Origin: Pirellulales bacterium
GTDB lineage: Bacteria; Planctomycetota; Planctomycetia; Pirellulales; UBA1268
Assembly (NCBI GenBank): GCA_044238145.1
Contig: JBIIDT010000004.1
Coordinates: 2,317-66,316 of the forward strand
Direction: 5' to 3'
DNA length: 64,000 bases
Shown: positions 1 to 9,201 of the stretch, piece by piece
Layout: each line of letters begins with the position of its first letter
Position numbering within the stretch: the first letter of the stretch is position 1
The notes under the pieces: generated by a model
What the model was told of the DNA's origin: nothing
Seen by the model: the letters and a program-made list of their open reading frames with translations, nothing else
Databases searched by the model: none
Position numbers and translations under genes: made by a program

Positions 1-2715
1 GTCACGGCCACGGTCAGCCCCACCTTCCGCGGCACGCTGTCCAACACGGCCACCGTCACTCCGACCGACGGCGACCCCGACCCGAACCCCAACAACAACA
101 CGTCGACCACGACGAGCACGGCGACGCCCGTCGCCGACCTGGCGATCGTCAAGACCGACTCGAGCGCCACCTACATTTCCGGCCAGCCGGTCGTCTACAC
201 GATCACGGTCACCAACAACGGCCCGAGCTTCGTGAGCGGGGCGGCGGTCGCGGACGCGTTCCCCGCGACGCACGTCCTGGCGGCGAGCTGGTCGGCGGTG
301 TTCACGGGCACCGGATCGAGCGGCACGACCGCCGGCACCGGGCAGCTGGACGAGCGGATCGCCCTCGCGCCCGGGGGCACCGCGGTCTACACCGTCACGT
401 GCCTGACCCGGCCGGGCGTCACGACGTCGCTCGTCAACACCGCGACGGTGGCGGCCCCGTCCGGCACCACCGACCCCAACCCCGGCAACAACTCCTCCAC
501 CGACACCGACACGGTGGTCCTGCCGGCGAAGCTCGCCGTCACGAAGACGGTCGAGGACCTCGACGGCGGCGACGTCGAGCCCGGTGACTACCTGCGGTAT
601 ACGATCGTCGTGGGCAACAACGTCGGCGCGACGCTGCCGGTCGAGTCGGCGACGGGCGTCGTGCTCACCGACGCGATCCCCGCCAACGCCATCTACGCCA
701 CGTCCGGCATCGCCGGCGTCACCGCCCCGAAGACGACCCGCGGCACCGTCACGGGCGACCCGACGGCCGGGGTCGTGGCCGACATCGGCACGCTCGCCGG
801 CGGCCAGTCCGCGACGATCGTGTTCTACGTGCAGGTCGACCCCGGTGCGGTCGGCTCGACGATCGTCTCCAACACCGCGGTCGCCGACGGCACCGGAGCG
901 GTCACCGGCAATCGGCTCACGGGAACGGACAACGTGGGCGTGATCACGCCCAACGGGGCCGACCTCGTGATCGAGAAGACCGGGCCGATCCAATTCACGC
1001 CGGGCGGGTCGCTGACCTATGACATCGTGGTCACGAACCTCGGGCCGAGCACGGCCAACGGGGCGCGGGTCGTCGACACGCTCCCCGTCGGTCTCGAGAA
1101 CGCCTCCTGGACGGCCGCGTACGCCGGCAACGCGACCGGCAATGCGAGCGGCTCGGGAAGCATCGACGAACTGGTCAACGTCCCGGTGGGCGGTGTCGTG
1201 ACCTACACGATCACGGCGGACATCGACTCGCGGGCGTTGGGTGAACTCGTCAACACGGCCTTCGTGATCAACCCCGATGGCACGCCCGACCCGAACCAGG
1301 GTGACAACTCCTCCGAGTCGATCTCGACGCCGATCCCCGAGACCGTGATGACGGTCGGCAAGACCGACGGCCGCGACACCTACAAGCCGGGCGATGTCGT
1401 CACCTACACGATCACCGTCACCAACGCCGGGCCGAGCTTCGCGCAGACCGCGTTGATCCGCGACGTTCTCGACCCCGCGGTCGTCGACGTGGCCGCGGCC
1501 ACATGGACGGCCGTGTTCACCGGGTCGTATTCGAGCGGCAACACCATCGGCACGGGCTCGATCGACGAGGTGATCGACCTCGCGGTGGGCGGCACGGCCG
1601 TGTACACGGTGGTCGCTCCGACGCTCGCGACCGCCACGACGAACCTCGTCAACACGGTCGAACTGACGGCGCCGGACGGCTCGACCGCATCCGCCACCGA
1701 CACCGACGTCTTCGACTACTCCCCGAGCATCCTCCTCGGCACGGACATCGGCTGCGACTCGACGCCCCTGGTGCAGGTCGTGGACCCCGTGACCGGCCTG
1801 CCGGTCGTGCAGTTCTACGCCTACGAGCCCGGTTTCCGCGGCGGTGCCCACGTCTTCGGCTACGACGTCACCGGTGACGGCATCCCCGAGATCGTGACGG
1901 CCCCGGGGCCCGGGCGGCCGGGCGAGGTCCGTGTCTTCACGCAGACCGGCACTCCGCTCCCCGCGTACAGCTTCTTCCCCTACGGACCGGCCTGGACCGC
2001 CGGCGTCGAGATCGCGGGTGGCTCCGTCACCGGTGTCGGTCGGACCGAGTTGATCACGGGCCAGCAGCAAAGGGGCCCGGGCACGGTCCGCATCTTCACG
2101 GTCAACCCGGGCAGCGGCGTGGTATCCACGCCCATCCGCGAGGTCGCCCCGCAGCCCTTCGGGGCGAAGTTCCGCGGCGGCGTCACGGTGGCCGCGGCCG
2201 ACGTCGGGACGTTCGTGAACGGGGCGTTCCAGTCCGGCGATCCTGACGGGATCGCCGAGGTGATCGTGGGCAGCGGGCCGGGCATCCCGGCCACGGTGAA
2301 CACCTACAGCGCCGTTCCATCCCCGCCGGCCCTGGTCAACACCGTCCGCGCGATCGCTCCGACCTTCCAGAACGGCGTCGCCGTCGCGGTTCTGCCCTCG
2401 GCCCCCGGCGTCGCCGACCGCTACATGGTGTCGGCCGGCGTCAGCGGCGGTTCGAAGGTCGAGACCTACACCGGCATCGGCAAGGTGCCCTCCGCCGCGT
2501 TCGCCGCCTTCGCCGGCGCCGCCGGGCAGCGGGGCGACGTGTGGACGGCCGCCATCGACGACACCAGGATCTACAGCGTGCAGGGTCAGTTCGGAAAGCT
2601 GGCCGGGATCAACAGGAACACGTCCCCGTCCGGCGGCGTCTCGTCGACGCTCTCCGGGTCGACGAACATCCTGCCTCCGCTGCGGATCAGCGTCCTGCGG
2701 CGTGCCTTCGGCTGA
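1..2715 (+). CDS. Large secreted/surface repeat protein: DUF11-type repeat array followed by FG-GAP/VCBS-like beta-propeller; 5' end outside window
   Basis: Frame 1 is open from nt 1 (my translation VTATVSPTFRGTLSNTATVTPTDGDPDPNPNNN...) and runs into track ORF 232..2715, so the start is upstream of the window. There are at least 5 repeats of the pattern Y[TD]I[TV]VTN.GPS...G.[ST]..YT[VI]...LVNTA.V..P.G..DP[ND]P.[ND]N. These are followed by blades such as FYAYEPGFRGGAHVFGYDVTGDGIPEIVTAPGPGRPGEVRVFT. Confidence 0.75.
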   Translation, partial: VTATVSPTFRGTLSNTATVTPTDGDPDPNPNNNTSTTTSTATPVADLAIVKTDSSATYISGQPVVYTITVTNNGPSFVSGAAVADAFPATHVLAASWSAVFTGTGSSGTTAGTGQLDERIALAPGGTAVYTVTCLTRPGVTTSLVNTATVAAPSGTTDPNPGNNSSTDTDTVVLPAKLAVTKTVEDLDGGDVEPGDYLRYTIVVGNNVGATLPVESATGVVLTDAIPANAIYATSGIAGVTAPKTTRGTVTGDPTAGVVADIGTLAGGQSATIVFYVQVDPGAVGSTIVSNTAVADGTGAVTGNRLTGTDNVGVITPNGADLVIEKTGPIQFTPGGSLTYDIVVTNLGPSTANGARVVDTLPVGLENASWTAAYAGNATGNASGSGSIDELVNVPVGGVVTYTITADIDSRALGELVNTAFVINPDGTPDPNQGDNSSESISTPIPETVMTVGKTDGRDTYKPGDVVTYTITVTNAGPSFAQTALIRDVLDPAVVDVAAATWTAVFTGSYSSGNTIGTGSIDEVIDLAVGGTAVYTVVAPTLATATTNLVNTVELTAPDGSTASATDTDVFDYSPSILLGTDIGCDSTPLVQVVDPVTGLPVVQFYAYEPGFRGGAHVFGYDVTGDGIPEIVTAPGPGRPGEVRVFTQTGTPLPAYSFFPYGPAWTAGVEIAGGSVTGVGRTELITGQQQRGPGTVRIFTVNPGSGVVSTPIREVAPQPFGAKFRGGVTVAAADVGTFVNGAFQSGDPDGIAEVIVGSGPGIPATVNTYSAVPSPPALVNTVRAIAPTFQNGVAVAVLPSAPGVADRYMVSAGVSGGSKVETYTGIGKVPSAAFAAFAGAAGQRGDVWTAAIDDTRIYSVQGQFGKLAGINRNTSPSGGVSSTLSGSTNILPPLRISVLRRAFG

Positions 2716-2729
2716 GCCGAAAGTGGGGG

Positions 2730-2760
2730 CGGTGGAGCACGTCTCCGCCGGTTTCCCTTT
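2730..2760 (+). terminator. Candidate intrinsic terminator after the DUF11 gene
   Basis: 8-bp stem CGGTGGAG / CTCCGCCG (one G-U pair), 5-nt loop CACGT, then GTTTCCCTTT. It starts 15 nt after the stop codon at 2713-2715. Confidence 0.35.
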
Positions 2761-2847
2761 CCCCGCCCGCCGAACGCTGGCCCGCGAGGCACCCCGGGCT
2801 GTACAATCTTCGTCGACGCGGTCCGCGTGCTCTGGAGTGCTTCCTCG

Positions 2848-3930
2848 ATGAGAAGGTTCCGGTTCGCCCTCGCAGTCTTCATCGCCCTCGTGGCGTTTGG
2901 CTTCGCCGCCGAGGCGCAGGCCGGCAGGTTCTTCTGTCGCGGTCCCTATGTCGGCCCGACCTTCGCCTACGGCAATGCGGGCTACGCCGCCGGCTACAGC
3001 ACGGCGGTCACCCGCTGGGGCTGGGGAGGCTGGTGTGGTCCGCGTTGGGGCGGATGGTGCGGGCCGCGGTGGAATTGGTGCGGCCCGCGGTGGGGCTGCC
3101 GCCCGTGGGGCTGGGGCTGCTCGCCGTGGTATGGCTACGGGGCGACGACCTGGGGCTGCTATGACTCCGTCTCCCTGTCGGTGCCTGCAGGGGGCGGAGC
3201 GACGTTCTTTTCCGGATCGCTCGTGCCGTATCCGGTCTGGGGTGGCTGGGGCCTGCCGGCCACGTGGGTTCCCGGACCCTACGGCTGGACCGGCTATCCG
3301 TATGGCGTCGGCCTGCCGTCAGGGTTTGCGCCGCAGTTCGGACCCGCGGGCGTGATGCCGTTCCTGGGTGCCTCCACGGCCAACCCGAATGCCGGCGCGG
3401 TGGTCGCCGCGGCTCCGGCCACTGCCCGTGCCCAACGCCCGGGGCTCGTGCGGGCGAGCACGCCCGTGGCCCGGCTGCGGGCCGCACGACTCGTGGCCGT
3501 CGGCGACCGCCACCTGCGCGAGGCGCGGGGTGACCAGTCGCGGCTGGTCGCGGCGCTCGACGCCTACCGGCGGGCCGCCGCCATCGCCCAGGACCAGCCA
3601 GACATCCAGTTGCGACAGGCGCTCGCTCTCGTGGCGGTCGGCCGCGATGGTCAGGCCGACGAGGCGATCGGCCGCGCCGTCGCGATCGACGGCCGGCTCG
3701 CCGCCGCACCGCCGCGACCCGCCGACGGGCTCGGGGTCGCCGCGGATCCCGTCTTCGGCGACCGGCCCGCCGACGGCCAGGTTCCGTTCGCCGCCCGTGG
3801 GGCCGCCATCCTGCGCGAGATCGCGGCACAGGCCGGCGGGGAGGAAGGCCGGGAGGTCGTGGCGGTGCTCGCTGACCGCTGGTCACGCCGGTTCGACCGC
3901 GGCATCGCCGCGATCGCCGCGAATCGCTGA
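2848..3930 (+). CDS. Secreted hypothetical protein with Trp/Gly/Cys-rich tandem repeats and an Ala/Arg-rich helical (TPR-like) C-terminal half
   Basis: The ATG at 2848 gives the signal peptide MRRFRFALAVFIALVAFGFAAEAQA; the track start 2827 is a GTG 7 codons upstream. Repeat WGGWCGPRWGGWCGPRWNWCGPRWGCRPWGWGCSPWYGYG is encoded at about 3012-3140. No recognisable catalytic motif. Confidence 0.6.
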   Translation: MRRFRFALAVFIALVAFGFAAEAQAGRFFCRGPYVGPTFAYGNAGYAAGYSTAVTRWGWGGWCGPRWGGWCGPRWNWCGPRWGCRPWGWGCSPWYGYGATTWGCYDSVSLSVPAGGGATFFSGSLVPYPVWGGWGLPATWVPGPYGWTGYPYGVGLPSGFAPQFGPAGVMPFLGASTANPNAGAVVAAAPATARAQRPGLVRASTPVARLRAARLVAVGDRHLREARGDQSRLVAALDAYRRAAAIAQDQPDIQLRQALALVAVGRDGQADEAIGRAVAIDGRLAAAPPRPADGLGVAADPVFGDRPADGQVPFAARGAAILREIAAQAGGEEGREVVAVLADRWSRRFDRGIAAIAANR

Positions 3931-3985
3931 GCAGCCGGCGGGCGGTGGCCTCGTCGCGGCGTCGCGGGGCGGTATCCTTGGGGCG

Positions 3986-5344
3986 ATGGCCGCCGCCGAC
4001 TGCCCCTGTGAACGCATCGACCTCGCCGCCGCCGACGGCCTGGCCCGCCTCGCCGCGCTCCGCGGCAAACTCGTCTCGCAGGGAGATGTCGTCAGCCCCG
4101 CGGGCCGGCAGAAGACGATCGACGTGTTCGGGGAACCGCTCTCGCCCCGGCAGGTCGTGGAACGGATCTGCGCGGACGTCCGCGACCGCGGACTCGCCGC
4201 GCTGCTCGACTACACACGGCGGATCGACGGCGCGGATGTCGCGGCCGCGACGCTTGTCGTGCCCCGGGACGCCCTGGCGGCCGCCCACGCCGCGGTCGAC
4301 CGCGGCTTCCTCGACGCCGTGCGGCGGATCAGGGATCGGGTGGAGCGGTTCCAGCGGGCGGTGCTCGCCCGCGACGTGACGGTGCCACTCGCCGGCGGCG
4401 GTAGCCTGCGGCAGCGGTACCTGCCTCTCGACCGGGTCGGCGTCTGCGTGCCCGGTGGGGCGGCCGCCTATCCGTCCACGCTGCTCATGACCGTGGTGCC
4501 CGCCCGTGTGGCCGGCGTGCCGCAGATCGTCGTCGTCGCACCGCCGACGAGGTTCGGCTCCGAGAATCAGCACGTGCTGGCCACCTGCCATGAACTCGGC
4601 GTGGACACGGTGGTGCGGGCCGGCGGCGCCCAGGCGGTGGCGGCGCTCGCCTACGGCATCGCCGGCCTGCCGCGGGTCGACAAGATCGTCGGGCCGGGCA
4701 ACCTGTTCGTGGCCCTCGCCAAGGAGCACGTCTTCGGCGACGTGTCGATCGACTCGATCGCCGGCCCCAGCGAGATCGTGATCGTGGCCGACGACGCCGG
4801 CCACCCGGAATGCATCGCCGCCGACATGCTCGCCCAGGCGGAGCACTCGCCCGGTTCGGCGATCCTGCTCACGGCCAGCCGCCCGCTCGCCGACGCCGTC
4901 GCGGCCGCGCTCGCCCGGCGGGTGGCGGAACTCGAGCGGGCCGACCTGACCCGCGACAGCCTGGCCCGCTTCGGCGGCATCGTGGTCACGACGAGCGACG
5001 CCGAGTCGGCGGCCCTCGCCGACGAGCTCGCCGCCGAGCACCTCTCGATCGACACCCGCGACCCGGAGGCCACGCTCGCCCACATCCGCCACGCGGGGGC
5101 CGCGTTCCTCGGCCCTTGGAGCCCGGTGGCCGCCGGCGACTACGCAGCCGGCCCGTCGCACGTGCTCCCCACGGGGGGCACGGCCCGCTTCGCCGCCGGC
5201 CTGTCCGCCAACGAGTTCCTCCGCGGCGGCAGCGTGATCCACCTGGCCAAGGCCGACCTCGCCGACCTCGCCGCCGACATCGCCACGCTCGCCAACGTCG
5301 AAGGCCTCACGGCCCACCGCCGCAGCGTCGAAGCCCGCGGCTAG
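3986..5344 (+). CDS. hisD: Histidinol dehydrogenase
   Basis: In-frame ATG at 3986 inside track ORF 3368..5344. Full-length HisD-like sequence with GGAQAVAALAYG, KIVGPGNLFVA, SIAGPSEIVIVAD, MLAQAEHSP and GDYAAGPSHVLPTGG. The upstream 206 codons are Arg/Pro-rich and overlap the previous gene. Confidence 0.93.
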   Translation: MAAADCPCERIDLAAADGLARLAALRGKLVSQGDVVSPAGRQKTIDVFGEPLSPRQVVERICADVRDRGLAALLDYTRRIDGADVAAATLVVPRDALAAAHAAVDRGFLDAVRRIRDRVERFQRAVLARDVTVPLAGGGSLRQRYLPLDRVGVCVPGGAAAYPSTLLMTVVPARVAGVPQIVVVAPPTRFGSENQHVLATCHELGVDTVVRAGGAQAVAALAYGIAGLPRVDKIVGPGNLFVALAKEHVFGDVSIDSIAGPSEIVIVADDAGHPECIAADMLAQAEHSPGSAILLTASRPLADAVAAALARRVAELERADLTRDSLARFGGIVVTTSDAESAALADELAAEHLSIDTRDPEATLAHIRHAGAAFLGPWSPVAAGDYAAGPSHVLPTGGTARFAAGLSANEFLRGGSVIHLAKADLADLAADIATLANVEGLTAHRRSVEARG

Positions 5345-5397
5345 ACGTCATCAGGGTTGGCTGCCGACCAGCCCACCCCGGCTCTTCAGCGGACGGA

Positions 5398-5537
5398 GGC
5401 TCGGGACTGCACATGCGATCTCACGGGCTATGGAAGCGAGCGCAGGCAGGATGCTGAAAGCGAAGCGGACATGCAGTGAGCGTAGGCACGGAGGGCCGCA
5501 GCGAACGTCCGTGAGAGGGCATGTGCAGTCCCGAGCC
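5398..5537. repeat. Family-1 intergenic hairpin repeat (single copy, reverse orientation) in the hisD-hisC spacer
   Basis: GGCTCGGGACTGCACATGC (5398-5416) and its exact reverse complement (5519-5537). The stem extends imperfectly to 5426/5509. The reverse complement of the interior aligns with 61373-61460 at about 75 percent identity by eye. Confidence 0.7.
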
Positions 5538-5632
5538 GGGTTCGGCGAGTGGAGCGAATTGAGGCCGGTTATGCCGGCTGGTGCGATCGTGACGCCGGCT
5601 CGGATTGCGGCGTGAGGTAAGATTTCAGGATC

Positions 5633-6691
5633 ATGACTCCCGCTCAGCAGCTCGTCCGCCCCGATATCGCCGCGCTCGCGGGCTACGTGCCCGGCGAGCA
5701 GCCGCAGGGGGGCGACTGGATCAAGCTCAATACCAACGAGAATCCCTATCCGCCGTCGCCGGCAGTGGCCCGGGCGGTCGCGGCCGCCGCCGCGGGGCGG
5801 ACGCTGGCGAAGTATCCCGATCCGCTCGCCACGGCCTTCCGCCGGCGGGCCGGCGAGGTGCTCGGCGTCGATCCGGATTGGATCATCTGTGGCAACGGCA
5901 GCGACGACCTGCTGACGATCCTCGTCCGCACGTTCGTGGGGGCGGGGGAATGGCTGCGGATGCCGTACCCGAGCTACATCCTCTATCGCACGCTCGCGGG
6001 CATCCAGGGCGCGTCGTGCGACGAAGTGCACTATCGCCGGGACTGGTCGCTGGGCGACGAGTTCGCCGCCCCGCGGGACGGCCTCCGGCTGGCGATCGTG
6101 GCCAACCCCAACAGCCCGTCGGGCACGCTGCTGTCTCCGCAGCGGCTGGCCGACCTGGCGGGACGGATGTCCTGCGCCTTCGTCGTGGACGAGGCCTACG
6201 GTGACTTCGCCGACACCCAATGCCTCGATCTCGTGCGGCAGAACGAGCGGGTGATCGTCACGCGATCATTCAGCAAGTCCTACGCCCTGGCCGGACTGCG
6301 GTTCGGCTTCGCCGTCGCCCAGCCCCAGGTCATCGAGCAGCTGCAGAAGGTGAAGGATTCGTACAACTGCGACACGCTGTCGATCGTCGCGGCAACGGCG
6401 GCAATCGACGATCAGGCCTGGCTGGCCGACAACCGTGCCAAGATCGTCGCCACCCGCCGCCGCCTGACGGACGCCCTGCGGGCCCTGGGCTACGACGCCG
6501 TCGAGAGCCAGGCGAACTTCGTCTGGTGCACGCACCCCGAGCGGCCGCACAAGCCCGTCTACGAGGCGCTCAAGGCCTCCGGCATCCTGATCCGCTACAT
6601 GCACTACGCCGGCTGGGGCGACGGCCTGCGGATCACGGTCGGCACCGACGCCGAGATCGACGCCTTCCTCGCCCGCATGCGGACCCTCTGA
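5633..6691 (+). CDS. hisC: Histidinol-phosphate aminotransferase
   Basis: MTPAQQLVRPDIAALAGYVPGEQP...KLNTNENPYPPSP, and FSKSYALAGLRFGF carrying the PLP lysine motif. Typical class-II aminotransferase length (352 aa). Sits between hisD and hisB. Confidence 0.92.
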   Translation: MTPAQQLVRPDIAALAGYVPGEQPQGGDWIKLNTNENPYPPSPAVARAVAAAAAGRTLAKYPDPLATAFRRRAGEVLGVDPDWIICGNGSDDLLTILVRTFVGAGEWLRMPYPSYILYRTLAGIQGASCDEVHYRRDWSLGDEFAAPRDGLRLAIVANPNSPSGTLLSPQRLADLAGRMSCAFVVDEAYGDFADTQCLDLVRQNERVIVTRSFSKSYALAGLRFGFAVAQPQVIEQLQKVKDSYNCDTLSIVAATAAIDDQAWLADNRAKIVATRRRLTDALRALGYDAVESQANFVWCTHPERPHKPVYEALKASGILIRYMHYAGWGDGLRITVGTDAEIDAFLARMRTL

Positions 6692-6726
6692 CCACCACCC
6701 GTTCCCTCATCCCTGCCGGTACATCC

Positions 6727-7323
6727 ATGCCCCGCGCCGCCACCGTCTCCCGCAAGACCGCCGAGACCGACATCCGCCTCACGCTCGATCTCGACGGCGT
6801 CGGCGCCGCCGACGTCCGCACGGGCCTCGGCTTCTTCGACCACATGCTCACGCTGTTGGCCGGCCACGGGCTCTTCGATCTCAAGGTCGAGTGCACGGGC
6901 GACCTGCATGTCGACGGCCACCACACCGTGGAGGACGTGGGTCGGGCCCTGGGCACCGCGCTCAAGGAGTGCCTCGGCGAACGCCGCGGGATCCGTCGCT
7001 ACGGCCACGCGATCATCCCGATGGACGAGTCGCTCGCGACCGTGGCCGTCGATCTCGGCGGCCGCGCGGCCTGCGTGTTCGCCGTGGACTTTCCGGTGCC
7101 CACGATCGGCACGTTCGACGCCCAGCTCGTGGAGGTGTTCTGGGAGAGCGTGGCCGCCACGGCGGGCATGAACTTCCACGCCGTCCTGCACCACGGCCGC
7201 AACGGCCACCACATCGCCGAGGCGGTCTTCAAGGCGGCGGCCCGCGCCCTCCGCGTCGCCGTCGAGCCCGACCCCCGCCAGCCCGGCATCCCGAGCACGA
7301 AGGGCACGCTCACGAGCAAGTGA
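6727..7323 (+). CDS. hisB: Imidazoleglycerol-phosphate dehydratase
   Basis: In-frame ATG at 6727 within track ORF 6220..7323. Motifs: RKTAETDIRLTLDLDG, GFFDHMLTLL, DGHHTVEDVG, GRNGHHIAEAVFKA. 198 aa. Confidence 0.93.
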   Translation: MPRAATVSRKTAETDIRLTLDLDGVGAADVRTGLGFFDHMLTLLAGHGLFDLKVECTGDLHVDGHHTVEDVGRALGTALKECLGERRGIRRYGHAIIPMDESLATVAVDLGGRAACVFAVDFPVPTIGTFDAQLVEVFWESVAATAGMNFHAVLHHGRNGHHIAEAVFKAAARALRVAVEPDPRQPGIPSTKGTLTSK

Positions 7324-7352
7324 ACGGGCCGAGGGTGCATCTCGGGCTCAAC

Positions 7353-7680
7353 TGGCCCAACCCGGCCCGGGGTTGCCCACGCCCTCTCGCCGGACGTTCA
7401 CTCCGGGCATCCTGCCCTCCGCTCACTCGGAGACGTCTGCGCTTCGCCATCCTGGCTCCGCTGGCCGTCTACGCCGTCTCGCGGGCATGGGCAACCCCGC
7501 GACTGTCGCTTTCGGAATGAGGCAGGCTCGGGGTTGTCGGTACCCCAGGAGCCGGCGTATGCCGACAAGCGCAGCCAGGGATGGCGAAGCGCCGTCGGCA
7601 TCCGAGCGAACCGAGGCCTGGAGGGCCGAGGCGAGCGTCCGGCGAGGGGGGTACCGGCAACCCCGGGCCGGGTTGGGCCA
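7353..7680. repeat. Family-1 repeat: two inverted copies forming a 328-bp imperfect palindrome
   Basis: TGGCCCAACCCGGCCCGGGGTTGCC (7353-7377) is exactly reverse-complementary to 7656-7680. The arms align throughout with scattered mismatches. The central stem is CAACCCCG (7492-7499) / CGGGGTTG (7529-7536). Confidence 0.75.
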
Positions 7681-7708
7681 CAAGACGTGCGAATCGCCGG
7701 AAACCCCG

Positions 7709-9019
<1,311 letters not shown>

Positions 9020-9072
9020 GGTTGTTGAGCTCCTGAACGGATGAAGGTGATAGAACGCGATGCGGTTCGGCG

Positions 9073-9155
9073 CCGGCTCGGGGGCGGCGAAAGTCTCGTC
9101 GCTGATGGCCGCGGCGGCCATAGGCTCCTCGAGCGTTCGCCGACCCCCTCGCCTC
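9073..9155. repeat. Family-2 intergenic hairpin repeat
   Basis: 83-nt unit with mutually complementary arms around the 17-nt perfect palindrome ATGGCCGCGGCGGCCAT (9105-9121). Near-identical arms occur in reverse orientation at 21461-21541, and an identical 29-nt centre occurs at 42843-42871. Confidence 0.65.
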
Positions 9156-9201
9156 GCCGTACGGGCAGGCGGGGTCTGTCGTTGATCCGCGATCCCGCAC
9201 G

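Noticed and set aside
3012-3140. Tandem direct repeats at 3012-3140 and the 21-nt repeats at 18511-18573, considered as possible CRISPR or VNTR arrays.
   Set aside because: They lie inside open reading frames and encode in-frame peptide repeats. There are no unique spacers of CRISPR size and no cas genes in the window.
3368-3985. N-terminal 206-codon extension of the hisD ORF.
   Set aside because: It is Arg/Pro/Ser-rich, overlaps the 3' half of the preceding gene in another frame, and HisD homology begins at the ATG at 3986.
5351-6220. 289-aa minus-strand ORF covering the hisD-hisC spacer and the hisC 5' region, plus small ORFs 7398..7601, 7423..7683, 7469..7681, 7534..7719 and 9041..9370 inside repeat elements.
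   Set aside because: They translate repeat DNA or hisC antisense. Reading frames across different repeat copies are not conserved, so I treat the elements as non-coding.
9020-9127. Possible 36-codon N-terminal extension of pfp starting at MAAAAISDETFAAPEPAPNRI.
   Set aside because: This stretch is the translated family-2 repeat; a similar peptide appears from the 42.8-kb copy on the minus strand, where no gene follows. PFK homology starts after MPESL at 9019.
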